From Mayamaea pseudoterrestris (Eukaryota), in assembly GCA_027923505.1 (NCBI GenBank), contig BROI01000010.1:248001-312000 (forward strand): a DNA stretch of 64,000 nt, written 5' to 3'. Both the position numbers and the translations under genes were made by a program. Position 1 is the stretch's first letter, and every line of letters starts with the position of its first letter. A model generated the notes under the pieces. It searched no databases, was not told the DNA's origin, and was given only the letters and a program-made list of their open reading frames with translations. Positions 11,648 through 24,788 of the stretch are shown one piece after another.

Positions 11648-12446
11648 ATGATAATCTCAAGCATTGATGGAACGTCAACGGAGCCTTCTTCTGAAATGCC
11701 AATGGAAGGACGCGTTATTGACGTAGATCTGTTCGCGGAGAAGGTTGCGTCAACCATTCAGCAAAAGCTTCGCTTGCCCGCAAACGAACCCGACTCCACG
11801 ATGCCGTCGGAGATCATGGTCGACGGATGCAGCACCCAAGCTGAAAGTGTTCCGCGATTTGATATAAAACTAGGAATCTGCGTTTACAAGGAAGGGGGTG
11901 AGTAAGACGTTTGTATATTCGATTGAATCGCTTTATCGTCTAACGTGCTTGCTACGCTTGTTTACAGCTGCTGCGTACGAGTACGTTTACATGAAGTCAG
12001 AGCTCGCCGCTCAAGATGACTGGCAGGGCCTCTTTGACGAAATTCGATCGCGAGCGTTTGCGCAGTACCGTCGACACATTCCGCCAGAGTACATCAAGTA
12101 CACTTGTACTGACGCGGCGGGAGACGTGATTTCGATTGCTAGTGGCGTAGACTTAAAGACTGCGTCCTTGTATGCGTCAACCAACCCAATGACAATCCTT
12201 GCCTTGCACGAATGCAGCTGTGTGTTCTACAAGGTAAATGGAACAACATGTCATAATGCTATTAATATCATGTGCTGCTCCGAGTGCGACAAGAGATTCG
12301 GGAGAACCGAACTCAGATTTTCGCTGGTGCTGTCTAAGATCGAGTCGATTGGAAACATGAAAACCACAAACATGTCGGAGCTCTACATGTGCCATTACTG
12401 CATTGCAAAGAACGACACGCGTAAATCGCCCGAAAAACTCTTGTAA
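11648..12446 (+). CDS. Hypothetical protein with PB1-like acidic motif and Cys/His-rich C-terminus; intron 11898-11967
   Basis: GTGAGT donor and TTACAG acceptor join the two ORFs in frame. YTCTDAAGDVISIASGVDL resembles the PB1 OPCA motif. CSEC...MCHYC resembles a ZZ-type zinc site. Confidence 0.55.
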
Positions 12447-13094
12447 GTGTATGGCGACCGCGATGGAGATGCATTTCGATATCGCACTGACACGAATTAA
12501 CGTTTTAATAGCATCACGCGCGATGTAACAGGCGACATTGTATTCATGACGGAGTAACTGGACGCTTTTGTCATTTAAGTTGCTTGCAATTGATGTGTCT
12601 GTGCATCTAGCGTCGACCAGCTGTTGAAACGGGTATATCAATACCAACTTGGTTGTATGTTTGGTCCTCAATATTCGAGAACTGTATACTTAATATACTC
12701 AAAACATTTTATAATAAACAGAAGCTACTAATCTGTCTTGTTCCAAACGCGACTTTGCTTTTAGCCGAGCAGGCTGCTTGCCAAATGGCGGATCTTTCCT
12801 TTGCTGGTTCCATCGCGATAGCTAGTTTGAGTCCCGGACCGACGGTTCACTTACCGCCTTACTTGAAACGACGACCATGCACGCGACAACTGCGGCAACA
12901 TCGTTTCGACAAGGTACTCGCTTGCAAGGTACGCCTTCTTCTTCTCGTCTGCTAGTCTTGTATGTTGAAAAGAGCTATACTATAGAAGGAATTTAAAGAT
13001 ACAATAACTTGATTTGCGCTTCAAAGCTTTCCTATCCTTGACTCACCCATTTTTCTTGTTCTCGCACACCGCAGTTTCACTCCATCTTATTAAT

Positions 13095-13538
13095 ATGGAC
13101 GCTGACAAAGTCGCCGAACTCCGCAAGAAGCGTCAGTTCCGCAAGTTCACCTTTCGCGGAATCGAGCTGGAAGCGTTATTGGACTTGACGAATGACGAGT
13201 TGATGGACTTGGTCACGGCGCGGGCCCGCCGCCGCATGAGCCGCGGCCTCAAGCGCAAGCCAATGGCATTGATCAAGCGTCTCCGGCAAGCGAAAAAGGA
13301 GGCGGCGCCGGGAGAAAAGCCCCGCGGCGTCAAGACGCACTTGCGCAACATGATTATTGTGCCGGAAATGATTGGATCGATTGTTGGTATTTACAATGGA
13401 AAAATGTTTTGCGGAGTGGAAATGAAACCGGAAATGGTCGGCATGTATTTGGGAGAGTTTGCCATTACCTACAAGCCGGTTCGACATGGACGTCCTGGAG
13501 TCAGTGCGGCGCATCAGACAAGATTTATTCCGCTTTAA
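13095..13538 (+). CDS. RPS15: 40S ribosomal protein S15 (uS19)
   Basis: [55 protein letters not shown] and C-terminal RFIPL. Confidence 0.97.
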   Translation: MDADKVAELRKKRQFRKFTFRGIELEALLDLTNDELMDLVTARARRRMSRGLKRKPMALIKRLRQAKKEAAPGEKPRGVKTHLRNMIIVPEMIGSIVGIYNGKMFCGVEMKPEMVGMYLGEFAITYKPVRHGRPGVSAAHQTRFIPL

Positions 13539-13811
13539 TGATGTTGTGGTTATGGTGGAGTTGAATATCTGCAAATGAGCATGGACCCTATGTCGTGCTG
13601 GTTTGTCATAGTTTAAGGTATTTGCTCTACTAGACAAACTCTTGTATTGACTCTTCTTCATTGTATACTAGCGGCATGGACTACCGGTACAGTTGAGGAG
13701 TTGCTTCATAGGCGTGAGCATGATGAGCTTCTTCTCGTTCCGACTTGCGCACTGACGCTGCAACAACCTTAGTAGCATGAGAAGCGGTAGCCTCGACGAA
13801 CATCGTAGTAA

Positions 13812-14249
13812 ATGTACAAGAACAGGAATAGAGAAACCATATCTCATTATGATGCAGATTGCGCTTCCGGCCATTATCTCTTGAGCGAGAATGGGATGCG
13901 ACGGCAATGCGGGAGCAATTTTTGCCGCGCATGGGTACCGTCGGATGGATTGGGGACGACGCTGACACCGCATCCTACCTTTGTCGCCAGCGACCTGCGA
14001 CGTACGCGTGTGGATGGGTGGAAAAGTCTGCCGAGGCACTACAAGCCAGCGTTTGAGCGATACCTAAATGTGTACCGGAAGTCTGGATTGCATGCGGCTG
14101 ATAGGGGGCACGAAGCGCACGCACACATGCACGGCAAATATACAAAAGTGTCTGGCATGACTTCAAGACATTTGACAAATGTTGGTTATCAAAGCGCGGG
14201 TTACGCTTGCGCTACGTGGCTGTCAAAATGGCGAGTACGTTCGCTATAA
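13812..14249 (+). pseudogene. Partial paralogous fragment (or upstream exon) related to the HA-domain gene
   Basis: PHPTF...GWKSLPRHYKPAFERY(L/F)N is shared at DNA and protein level with 14983-15095. Confidence 0.45.
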
Positions 14250-14505
14250 AGGCTCGCTCATGTACCATGTTGTCCTTGTGGAGCTGCAGGAAATAGAAAC
14301 ACGCGCTTCGTCAAAAAGAGTTCCAACGGCAGGGCAACAATGGCGAGGCACTGCGGAATAAGCTACTACTGCTGTCGAAGAAAGTTTTATCATTTTGCAA
14401 TGCTATAATGGTACTGGCGTTGATGCTGACGGTCAAGCCATTGGCGGTTTGCTCAGTACAGTTCATTTCGACTCTAACACTGATAGTCGCAAATTTGCAT
14501 AAGCC

Positions 14506-15585
14506 ATGATCAAAATTCAAGGCCTCTTTGGATGGCTTTGGGCCAAGGTAGCAACGATGCGCCACCTGTTTCTGCAGCAGAAGGAGCAATGCCAACGGGC
14601 AGTGGGGGAATACAACAATCCGCATATCATGTCAGTACAAGGCATGGGTAAAGCACTCTCTGCTTCGGCTAATTGGGCGCACGCGGCCATGGCAGGGAGC
14701 CGACCGTCATGTACAATGGTGCTCGAGGACCAATTGTGTGACGGTATCAAACCCAAAATGTTTGTGCATCGCATTTTGAAACGAGTCGGCAATAAGATTA
14801 CAGGTGCTGCTGCTGATGCAGAGTCACTGTTGGCTATTCTTGAAGGTGTTTGGAACGTACTGGGAATTGCGGTACCATGGGGCAAAATGCATTCTTACAA
14901 TGACGTTTTACAGTTGGCAAGGGAGGGTGTGAAAGAACTGGGTGCAAGAATTTTCAACAGTGGATTGGACCTAATGTTCGAGCCACATCCTACATTCTCT
15001 GCCGGCAACCAACGACGCATGCTGGTTGCTACTGAAGGCGGGTGGAAAAGTCTACCGAGGCACTACAAGCCTGCGTTTGAGCGGTACTTTAACATGAACG
15101 GAAGCTTGAATCGCATTTCCATTCAAGATGAAGCGAATCAATATAGTGGTAGTGTCCGCCAACAGTGGTCAAGCTACAAGACGGTTGACAAGCAGTGGCT
15201 TCTTGACCGCGGTTTTGATCCTCACCCATACATTACCGCATGGAACACGTTCTTTCAAAAGCTTTTGGACTTTCAATCAACGTATGGGCACATGGATGTT
15301 CATCCATTCTATTACCAGTTGCCCGTCACGGAGGAAACTCGGCGATTCAAGGCTCTCTATGACTGGATTCTCAAGCAGCGTCTACGTTGCACCAGCAAGG
15401 AAAAGTTTGCTGGCCAGTCCAACCAAAGCACAACAAATACACCACGAACAAGTGAGCAGCAACGCATCAAGGTGGAGCACGAGTTTTTGCTGTTGTCGAT
15501 TGGATTTTCATTCAACATGCGGGAAGATTCCTGCAAGCTGTCGCTTTATAGGATGCTTTCCATGATCAATCCTTTTTTGGACTAG
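14506..15585 (+). CDS. Helicase-associated (HA) domain protein
   Basis: C-terminal WNTFFQKLLDFQSTYGHMDV...LYDWILKQR...LLLSIGFSF matches the HA-domain pattern, which is expanded in diatoms. The 5' end is uncertain. Confidence 0.75.
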   Translation: MIKIQGLFGWLWAKVATMRHLFLQQKEQCQRAVGEYNNPHIMSVQGMGKALSASANWAHAAMAGSRPSCTMVLEDQLCDGIKPKMFVHRILKRVGNKITGAAADAESLLAILEGVWNVLGIAVPWGKMHSYNDVLQLAREGVKELGARIFNSGLDLMFEPHPTFSAGNQRRMLVATEGGWKSLPRHYKPAFERYFNMNGSLNRISIQDEANQYSGSVRQQWSSYKTVDKQWLLDRGFDPHPYITAWNTFFQKLLDFQSTYGHMDVHPFYYQLPVTEETRRFKALYDWILKQRLRCTSKEKFAGQSNQSTTNTPRTSEQQRIKVEHEFLLLSIGFSFNMREDSCKLSLYRMLSMINPFLD

Positions 15586-16304
15586 TCTAATGTAAACGTG
15601 CGTTGCCTTTATTTTGAGTAGCTATTGTATATATGATAGTGCCGGCCTTGACTGAAAGCAGTGATGAACCCATGATTGATCAAGCATGCCCAATGAAGTG
15701 CCAGGTCACAAGCTAGGCAGACATCCACGCGCTCCGCCACGGACTACCATGTCCGCAGCCACCAGCGCAAGTGCCACCGCCTTGCGACATTCCACCACCT
15801 ACTACCATACAAAAGTTCCATGTCCAAAGTTAGTTTTGTGATAGACTCTTAGTGAGAAAGCCCCAGCACCGCGTCAAGGTGGTCTATCTTCGCCAGGGAA
15901 AACGTGGGTTCAGCGAGATGTGCCATAAAGGAACTCACGATTGTTAATCATAAGCGCTAGTCTCACAGCCTTGAGATGGAGGCGCCAGGTCCGGGAGCCA
16001 CTTTCGTAGCTATTATGTAACTGCACGCAAAACCGTCCGGACGCCAACCAGCTGTGTGACACCTGCCAACATTCACTGTTACACCCAGTGCCGCTCGATC
16101 CACGATCAGAGCCACCATATTTATAAGTGCTTGGCACACTTGCTCGAATAGGAGAATCGTCCAGCCGAGGCCAAAGTAAACTCCATTCAGACTAATGATC
16201 TAAGAAAGCTGAAAAGGATTATCCTAGCAAGCAGACCCAACCACCAGAATTATCGAAACAAGTGTGCACCAGCAATCGACACATAAAAGTTGTGACGTTG
16301 CGAC

Positions 16305-16362
16305 TGGACTATACCCAATGGACTGTTCCCCGATGGACTGTTCCCCCATGGACTGTACCCGA
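16305..16362. repeat. 14-15 bp minisatellite, 4 copies (tggactgtwccccva)
   Basis: tggactatacccaa / tggactgttccccga / tggactgttccccca / tggactgtacccga. Confidence 0.9.
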
Positions 16363-16902
16363 CTCCAAGCCAGAAGAACTCAGGACTCAAAGCAACCTTA
16401 TCATAAACAGCAATGAAGCTATCTAAAGGTCTTTTGTAGTGAATTGGTGCAGCGATTGTTGTCAATGACATGCGACGCTGCTTGCCAGAACCGACCGGCC
16501 AAGACAAAGGGTGTGTGACAGTTGCTTGATGTATAAAGAGTTATACCTCCCAATGGCTGTGGTGCTGCACTTAAATCAAAGGGAACCTTTCCGCGCAGCG
16601 TGACCCGCAACCCTACTCGGCTAAGCAACTGTGAGACGATTCATTCGATCGGCATACGATTTCGACAGTTTTAGTACAGCGGTAACGAGTGACGCATGTG
16701 GTTGACTATAAAACAGCTGAGACTCACAAATGACTATTGTGTTGACGTGAAAAGTTTGACGCCAAGGCGGCTTAGACAAGTCATGTTGTGCATTTGATAA
16801 AACATACTAAAAACAGCAGGATATTGGAGCAATTGTGATTTTAAGTACTCATGTTAATGGATTGCTACAGTAGTATGCTCGTCAGCTCTTGAATCAAAGA
16901 GT

Positions 16903-16918
16903 GCCATTGAAAAATGGC
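16903..16918 (-). promoter_or_regulatory. Histone mRNA 3' stem-loop of H3 (GCCATT-TTTC-AATGGC)
   Basis: 6-bp stem with 4-nt loop, ~50 nt after the H3 stop and flanked by CAACC and AC. It differs from the H4 element only at one loop base. Confidence 0.85.
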
Positions 16919-16969
16919 GGTTGTTTGTAGGTAGCATGCGTAAGCATGGTGGTAAATCAGCAAGTGCAA

Positions 16970-17461
16970 TTACGAGCGCTCTCCACGGATGCGACGGGCC
17001 AACTGAACGTCCTCTGTAAAAAGGGGAAAAAATTGCATGAGATATTGAAATGGTGCAAGACTCAAGGCTTCACGCAACAACAAAAATACTGAACTGGGCA
17101 TGATTGTGACTCTTTTTGCGTGAATGGCGCAGAGGTTGGTGTCTTCAAAGAGGGAAACCAAGTACGCCTCCGCCGCCTCCTGCAGGGCCAAGACGGCAGA
17201 CCCCTGGAAGCGCAAGTCGCTCTTAAAGTCCTGCGCAATCTCACGAACGAGACGCTGAAAGGGAAGCTTGCGAATGAGCAAGTCGGTGGACTTTTGGTAG
17301 CGACGAATCTCGCGGAGGGCGACGGTTCCTGGACGGTAACGGTGGGGCTTCTTGACACCTCCAGTGGCAGGGGCAGACTTGCGAGCAGCCTTGGTGGCGA
17401 GCTGCTTGCGGGGAGCCTTTCCTCCGGTGGACTTGCGAGCGGTTTGCTTGGTACGGGCCAT
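16970..17461 (-). CDS. H3: Histone H3; 81-nt intron 17014-17094
   Basis: [21 protein letters not shown]...; removing A|GTTCAG...TTTACAG|AG restores [17 protein letters not shown]. Confidence 0.97.
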   Translation of the reverse strand: MARTKQTARKSTGGKAPRKQLATKAARKSAPATGGVKKPHRYRPGTVALREIRRYQKSTDLLIRKLPFQRLVREIAQDFKSDLRFQGSAVLALQEAAEAYLVSLFEDTNLCAIHAKRVTIMPSSVFLLLREALSLAPFQYLMQFFPLFTEDVQLARRIRGERS

Positions 17462-18268
<807 letters not shown>

Positions 18269-18314
18269 GAATCTACGGTAGTCGCCCTTTGCACCAGTCA
18301 AACATACACCAACC

Positions 18315-18330
18315 GCCATTTTTAAATGGC
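18315..18330 (+). promoter_or_regulatory. Histone mRNA 3' stem-loop of H4 (GCCATT-TTTA-AATGGC)
   Basis: 6-bp stem with TTTA loop, ~46 nt after the stop; context CAACC...ACAC. Confidence 0.85.
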
Positions 18331-19062
18331 ACACAATAGTCAAACAATAGTCAAAACATTAAATTTACTCGCTTGTCTCTACCAAAGCTCGTCTGTATCA
18401 TACAATCGTAGGTAGCCACACTTGCTCACGTAGTACTTGATGCGAGAAATGACCCTTCGACTCCTTCTCGTGCACGCAACTGCGCAGCTGCATGCATTGC
18501 CAAACAGAGCTTTTGGTTGAGCGCTTAAAACGTTTTTGCTCGGCGAGACGACGTGGTGCATACATGGCTGGTTGAGCGACTGGCTTGGCAAGGCACCAAG
18601 GCACTGGGAGTGCTCACGGCTGGAACCTTGCTTGACCTACTTTGTACCCATAGCTACATCATGTCACTAAACGATTGTAGCAAATCCAAGTAATAAAACT
18701 AGTGCACAACTCGATTACTGTAGTTTCATACAGGCGACTGTTGCCGCTTGTCATCTCGACAAAAGAAGGAGACCCTTGGACAGTAAAAACGACTCTTGCT
18801 CCAACTCGACTCGCTGCATCGCAAACGTCCTATGAGTGGAGTACTCGTAGCAATTGGACTAAGCATGAATCGTCTCTCTGGCGTGTACGTCGCTTGCGCT
18901 CATTCGTCATCCAGGCGCAAAAGTGTTTCCATTTGTGCAGTTGGCTCAGTGACGGGCAACTTGTAAAGGTGTGAGTGCCCTTCCCATGTGTAAATACGTA
19001 CGTGCATGCGTCGCTGCTTGCCAGCGACGAAGGTACAATAAAATGCGGTTCCAGCAATGTCT

Positions 19063-19395
19063 CCGATTCGTCCAACTGCTTTCGAGTCGTTCACGTCCAT
19101 ACGCTTTCCAGTCGTTTCTGCCGTCCATACGCTTTCGAATCGTTTCGTCCAATTGCTGACAAGTCGATTCGTCCATAAGCCTTCGAGTCGGTTCGGCCAT
19201 GCGCTTTCGAGTTGTTCGTCTATACGCTTGAAATTCGTTTCATATATTCGCTTTCGAGTTGATTGTCCATACGCTTTCCAGTCGGATTGTCCATATGCTT
19301 TCGAGTCGCTCGGCAAGTTTGTATTCGAGTCGTTTCGTCCATACCGGTGCGCTTTCGGGTTAATTCACCATATGCTGTCGAGTCGTTTCGTCCGA
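19063..19395. repeat. Degenerate ~24-bp minisatellite (consensus about tcgtccatacgctttcgagtcgtt), ~13 copies
   Basis: Recurrent gtccata and gctttcgagt words at ~24-27 nt spacing. Confidence 0.8.
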
Positions 19396-20284
19396 TGACA
19401 AATCTGTACTGGCTATTAGCAGCACAGCATCTCGTCCCATGGCCCTTTTGTGAGCCCATCCGAAACACTTTGAATGCTCGCACGTCGTACAAGTATTGCC
19501 GACTCGTTGCATACTTGCCCAACAAACTTGTCCGGAGCAATGCAGTCGCACAAGTCATCGTCCATCACATTGACGGTTCACTCCATGTAGCCTTGCGCCA
19601 AGGATTTGCATGTAGCAAACGACGACAAGAACGCCTGCCCTTGTTTCGCCAATAACAGACTCTGTCGGAAAACCATGAGCCGCTCCCAGCTGCTTGAGCA
19701 AATGATTGTCTCCCATGTATCACTGCTGCTGCTGCTGCTGCTTAGAAATGTCCGGCTCCGAAAAGAGCGTGAATTTGTTTCCGACTGATAAGTCGCAGTA
19801 GTCCGTCACTCCGTCCATTCGCAAAGACAGCGTTCAAAATTTCCAATTCAGAATCGCCTCGGCTTTTCCATTGAATATTTGCGTCCGTGCCGCCGCGTCC
19901 AACAAGCCTTGAGCGCTTCAACAACGAGCGACGAATCTAAGACTCGCAACACCAGAAAGCTTGCGGAGATTTTCGTCGCGGTCTTGCGGAACCGCGAACG
20001 ACAGACGCAAATCTTCCAATCATGGCAAGGAACATGTTATTCTCAATAGCTACATTGAAGCAGAACGAGCCTTGAGACGACGGTAGGTCTCCATATTGTC
20101 GCTCTCATGTTGTGTGTGAATTGCAAAGTTGCGATGGGCGGATGGCGGCGATGATGATGGCATAAGTCGTATCGGGACAGAAATTTGTTGTAACGCAGCG
20201 ACGTTAAGCGGGACTGAAAACATGAACATTTTCGCAGCGCGTCCATCCGTTCCTCCCACAGAACAAAACAAAACAAACACCACC

Positions 20285-23259
20285 ATGGCGGACAAAGGCA
20301 AGCGCAAGCATGTCGGAGGAGGCGGAGGCGGTAGCAATGCCTTTAAAGGGTTGGGACTCTCCGATCCCGTGCTCAAGGGGATTAATCGACTGGGATTTAA
20401 GGTACGTAAACATTGTTTGAAAGCGAGAGTTGGAACGGCTCCGTTGGTTTTGCATGCAAATGCCAACAACAACAACTCACTCATCACTCGCCTCATATCA
20501 CACAGAATCCCACTCCCGTCCAGCGCAAGGTTCTTCCCGTCGCACTTTCGGGCGTCGATACCGTCGCCATGGCGCGCACGGGATCCGGAAAAACGTGCGC
20601 CTTTCTCGTGCCATTAATGGAAACACTATTGAAGGACAATCAACAGCAGCAGCAGCCCGGCGTGCGCGGCTTGATCCTGAGTCCGACGCGCGAACTGTCC
20701 GTGCAAACTTTGAAAGTATTTTACAAGCTCGCCTCGGACACGGAAATGAAAGCGATTGGCATTCACGGCGGCGAGGGCATGGAGAAGCAGTTTTCGTTGC
20801 TGGCCAGTCAGCCGGATGTGATTATTGCCACACCGGGACGACTGGCGCACCACTTGTCGGAGATTCCCGACTTTTCGCTCGCCCAAGTCAAAATGTGCAT
20901 ACTGGACGAGGCGGATCGACTACTGGAAATGGGGTTTGCCTCACAGATTCGGGAGATTCACAAGACCATTCCGGAGCATTGTCAAAAGTTGCTCTTTAGT
21001 GCGACACTCCCCAAAGTGTTGGTCGAGTTTACAAAGTCGGGCTTCTGCAGCAACAGTCCCATTATGGTGCGACTCGACCAGGAGGCGAGCGTTTCGGAGG
21101 AGCTGCGGATTGCTTTCGTCACGTGTCGCAGCCTGGACAAGGATGCGGCCATGATGCACTTGCTGGATTCGCAAATTTATAAAAATGGTAGTGGAACACA
21201 AAAGGACAAGCTGACGATAGCCAACGAACCGAACAATAACGGCAGCAGCAAGGGCAAGAATGGTAGCAGCAAATCCAAAAAGGACCAATCAACTACCCTT
21301 GCCAAACCTGGCTTGACGCTCATTTTCGCCGCCACGCGCCACCACGTGGAGTACATTTCCACGCTGCTCCAAGCATCCGGTCACGACTGCGGCATGATTT
21401 ACGGAACGCTCGACGCCGAGGCGCGAAAGGTCAATTTGGCGGCGTTCAAGGCGGGTCACAAGCCCATACTAGTTGTGACGGATGTGGCGGCCCGCGGCAT
21501 TGACGTGCCGCTCATTGACCATGTCATTCACTACAACTTTCCGGCGTCGCCCAAGCTGTTTGTGCATCGGAGTGGACGAGCGGCAAGAGCAGGGCGGATT
21601 GGATACTGCTGGGGATTGGTCGAGCCGGATGAGTTGCCATACATGATGGACTTGCACTTGTTCCTGGGACGCAAGCCAACGGTTGGAGCAGCCAACGAGC
21701 AATACACATTGGCGGAAATGACGCCGGACATGGTGCACTATGGATCACTGCCCGAGTCAATCATCACCGAGGAGGTGGAAAACGTGCAGCGCATTCTCAA
21801 CGCCGAACTGTCGGGATCGCAGCAGGCCGAGTCGTTGCGCGCACTCACCAAGGTTTGCAGCAACGCCATGAAGCAGTATCGCAAGACGCGCATGGAACCG
21901 TCGCGCGAAGGTATTCGTCGCGCCAAAACAATACTGGAAGGTGAGCGACTGGAGACTGGTCAGCGACTTGGTGGTGGATCCATTCCGCCACATCCACTGT
22001 TGCGAAGCATTGCGCTGGAGCGACAAGTCAAGGCTGGCGATGGTTTGGGAAGCGTTGCTAATTCGCTCAAGCGAGAAGAGTTTCTACGTGCCGTATCCAA
22101 CTTTCGACCGAAAGAGACTGTATTTGAAGCCTTTGCCACGGGCGGTGGCAAGGATATTGGCGTTGTGAGTCATGTGGACAAGGGACGAACTGTTGCTAAG
22201 AGCAAGCATGATTCCAGTGCAGCCCTTGATGCCATGAAGCACATGCGGCGGCAAATGAGAATTTCGCGCGACAAGGGTGCCACGTTAATGGTGGCCGGTA
22301 GTACGATTGCCGATGAAACGAATGAAATACGCGACAATTTGAACCAGCAAGTACGATATGTCGGCGGTGCCAATGGTGACGAGTCATTACAAGACGAAGT
22401 GGTCGATGATTCCGTTGTCTCTACCATGATCTGTCCAGAGACTGTGCGAGTGGAGCAAAAGCCTCGCATGTCTCGCTTTGATCGCAAGCAAATGAAAAGG
22501 ACAGGCGCAGCGGCTACTGTTGCTCCTGCACCCATTGACGTTGCCGCTGCTGACAATCACGACGACAATACCTCCAACCACATTAACTCCAAACGCAAAC
22601 GCGGTTCCGACTTTCGCGATCCATCCTTTTACATTGACAATGAAATCACTTCCAACCCGGAGCAAGCCCAGCGCTCGCGCCAAGTGGAAGCTTCCCTGCA
22701 ACCGAGCGCCGCCTCAAATATGCGCAACGCCATGGGCCACGCGCACCGCCTAGAGGAAGCCATGCTGGACATTGTCGGCGACGAGAACGAGCAACTGGTG
22801 AAGTCGCACCGCATGATGCGGTGGGACAAGTCCAAGCGCAAGTACGTGCAAACGACGGTTGGTGAGGAACTAAAGGGTGACTCCAAGAGCAAAAAGATGC
22901 GACTCGAGTCCGGGCAGTTGGTGAGACGCAACGACAAGGCCAAGTTGGGTGATTTGTATGTCAAGTGGCAAAAGAAGACGAACCGCAGCATTGGGCGGAG
23001 TGGTGTCTTTGACGATGGTGACAATACACCTGCTGCTACTCCTGGTGCTGTTGGCTCGCACAAGAAGGGCAAGTCGACTGCCAAGGACGAAATCAAGTCG
23101 CTGACCGCCATCAAAAAGGAGCGCGCCAAGAAGCAAAATTTGAAGATGAAGAACATGAAGAAGGGCGACCGCCGCGTGGTGGAACGAACGCAGCGCGACG
23201 CCAAGACGTTTAGCAAAAAGAGCTCGGCATCAGGCAAGGGTGGTAAGAAGCGTAAATAA
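20285..23259 (+). CDS. DBP10: DEAD-box RNA helicase DDX54/Dbp10; intron 20402-20505
   Basis: Q motif GFK|NPTPVQRK, MARTGSGKT, PTREL, DEAD, SAT and HRSGRAARAGR, plus the DBP10 C-terminal motifs WDKSKRKYV and RLESG. Confidence 0.95.
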
Positions 23260-23720
23260 CAAGTACAATATGATTGGATGCAGCTTCCACTAGTTGCTAC
23301 TAAACTAGACGGATTGTATATGCATAGCAAGTTGACATACAGTAGCTAGCTTTCGCAGTGGCGGTGGCATCATGCGTTGAACCATCACGACGCTGACAAT
23401 TTGAATAGCTAAATAATTCGAAAAAATGTGTCACGGTGAAAGATCCAAGCGTCGTCACCATGGCGTGGCAAACGCAAAAACATCGCGACAAGGACTCTTT
23501 CCGCTTTGAACGAGTACTTTCATAGAAATCATTGAGGTACTACTTGTAGAGTCGCCGTCTTGCTTGCGATTAAAGCTTTTTGCTAGTCGCTTTTTTTCTG
23601 TTGTCATCCATAGCTTTGCTCACCCTCGTCCGTTTTTCTCCCTTCACGAAAAGCTGGAATCACAGCCTAGCAAAGACACTCTACATCAAAAAGACTGTTT
23701 CAAAATCCTGTCTCAAAATC

Positions 23721-24752
23721 ATGCCTCGAAGCGATGGCAATGGCCTTGGCTCTTGGAGCGGCTCGAAGCGTCGTCGCAAAAAGTCAAAGTCGAATGTTGC
23801 ATCTGCATCACACAACAACAACAATAACAATCAGCCGCAAACGTACTACGAGATTCAGCAAATTCTGCGCAGTCGCCTAACGGCGGATGGAAGCCGCGAA
23901 TACTTTGTTCGGTGGAAGGACTGGTCGGCGGAGCACGACTCGTGGGAGCCGCGGCACCACTTGACAAGTCAAGCCTTGGAAATTGCGGATGCCATGGATG
24001 AACAGAAACTAAATGAGAAGAATGAGCAGCAGGAGCAGAATGATACTGACAATGATACTGACGGCGGACATGTCAAGACTGCTGTAGATGCGGCAGCGCC
24101 GGAAATGGATGCCGTGAAGTCAAATCATGATATGAATGACTCGGACCAAGACATGCTGGACTCGTCCACCTTTAGCTTTTCGGACATCGGAGACGAAGAA
24201 CATCATGGACATGAAAAGATTCCGGATACCAAGCAAGTCATTAATTTGATGATTGATGACTCATCGAGTGACAATGACTCATCGGACAATGATGTCAAGG
24301 AATCCATTTCAGCTGCGGCAATTGCTGCCCCTCGCAAGCGAACAAATAATTTGTTTGATTTGATGAATCATGACTCGAGTGATGACGACGACTCCATTTC
24401 GGTATTCGCCAGTCGCAAGCGAACGAACGATTTGCGTCATGCTACGTCGAACGAAGCTTTGGTGATGGCAGAGCCAGTGGTTTCGGGTGCTGCTGCAGTC
24501 GCGACGACGCCGTTGCGAGTGTTGTCGGCGGAGCAAGTCATTGACTTGTGTCATGACGATTCGTCGGACAGTGACGACGACGAAGATGCCAATCGCAAGC
24601 GAATGAATGGCTTGCTTCGTAATCCGCATGGTAGCAGCTCCAACGAAGCTCTGGAGCCAGAGCCAGTAGCGTCGGCTGCTGCAGGTTCGTGGACGACGCC
24701 GTTGCGCGTGCCTTCGCCAACAATCATGACTCCAGCAGCAGCGACGATTCCT

Positions 24753-24788
<36 letters not shown>

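Noticed and set aside
16970..17461. H3 as centromeric CENH3, given the satellite in the same window
   Set aside because: The N-terminal tail and loop 1 are canonical H3, and the apparent insertion is an intron.
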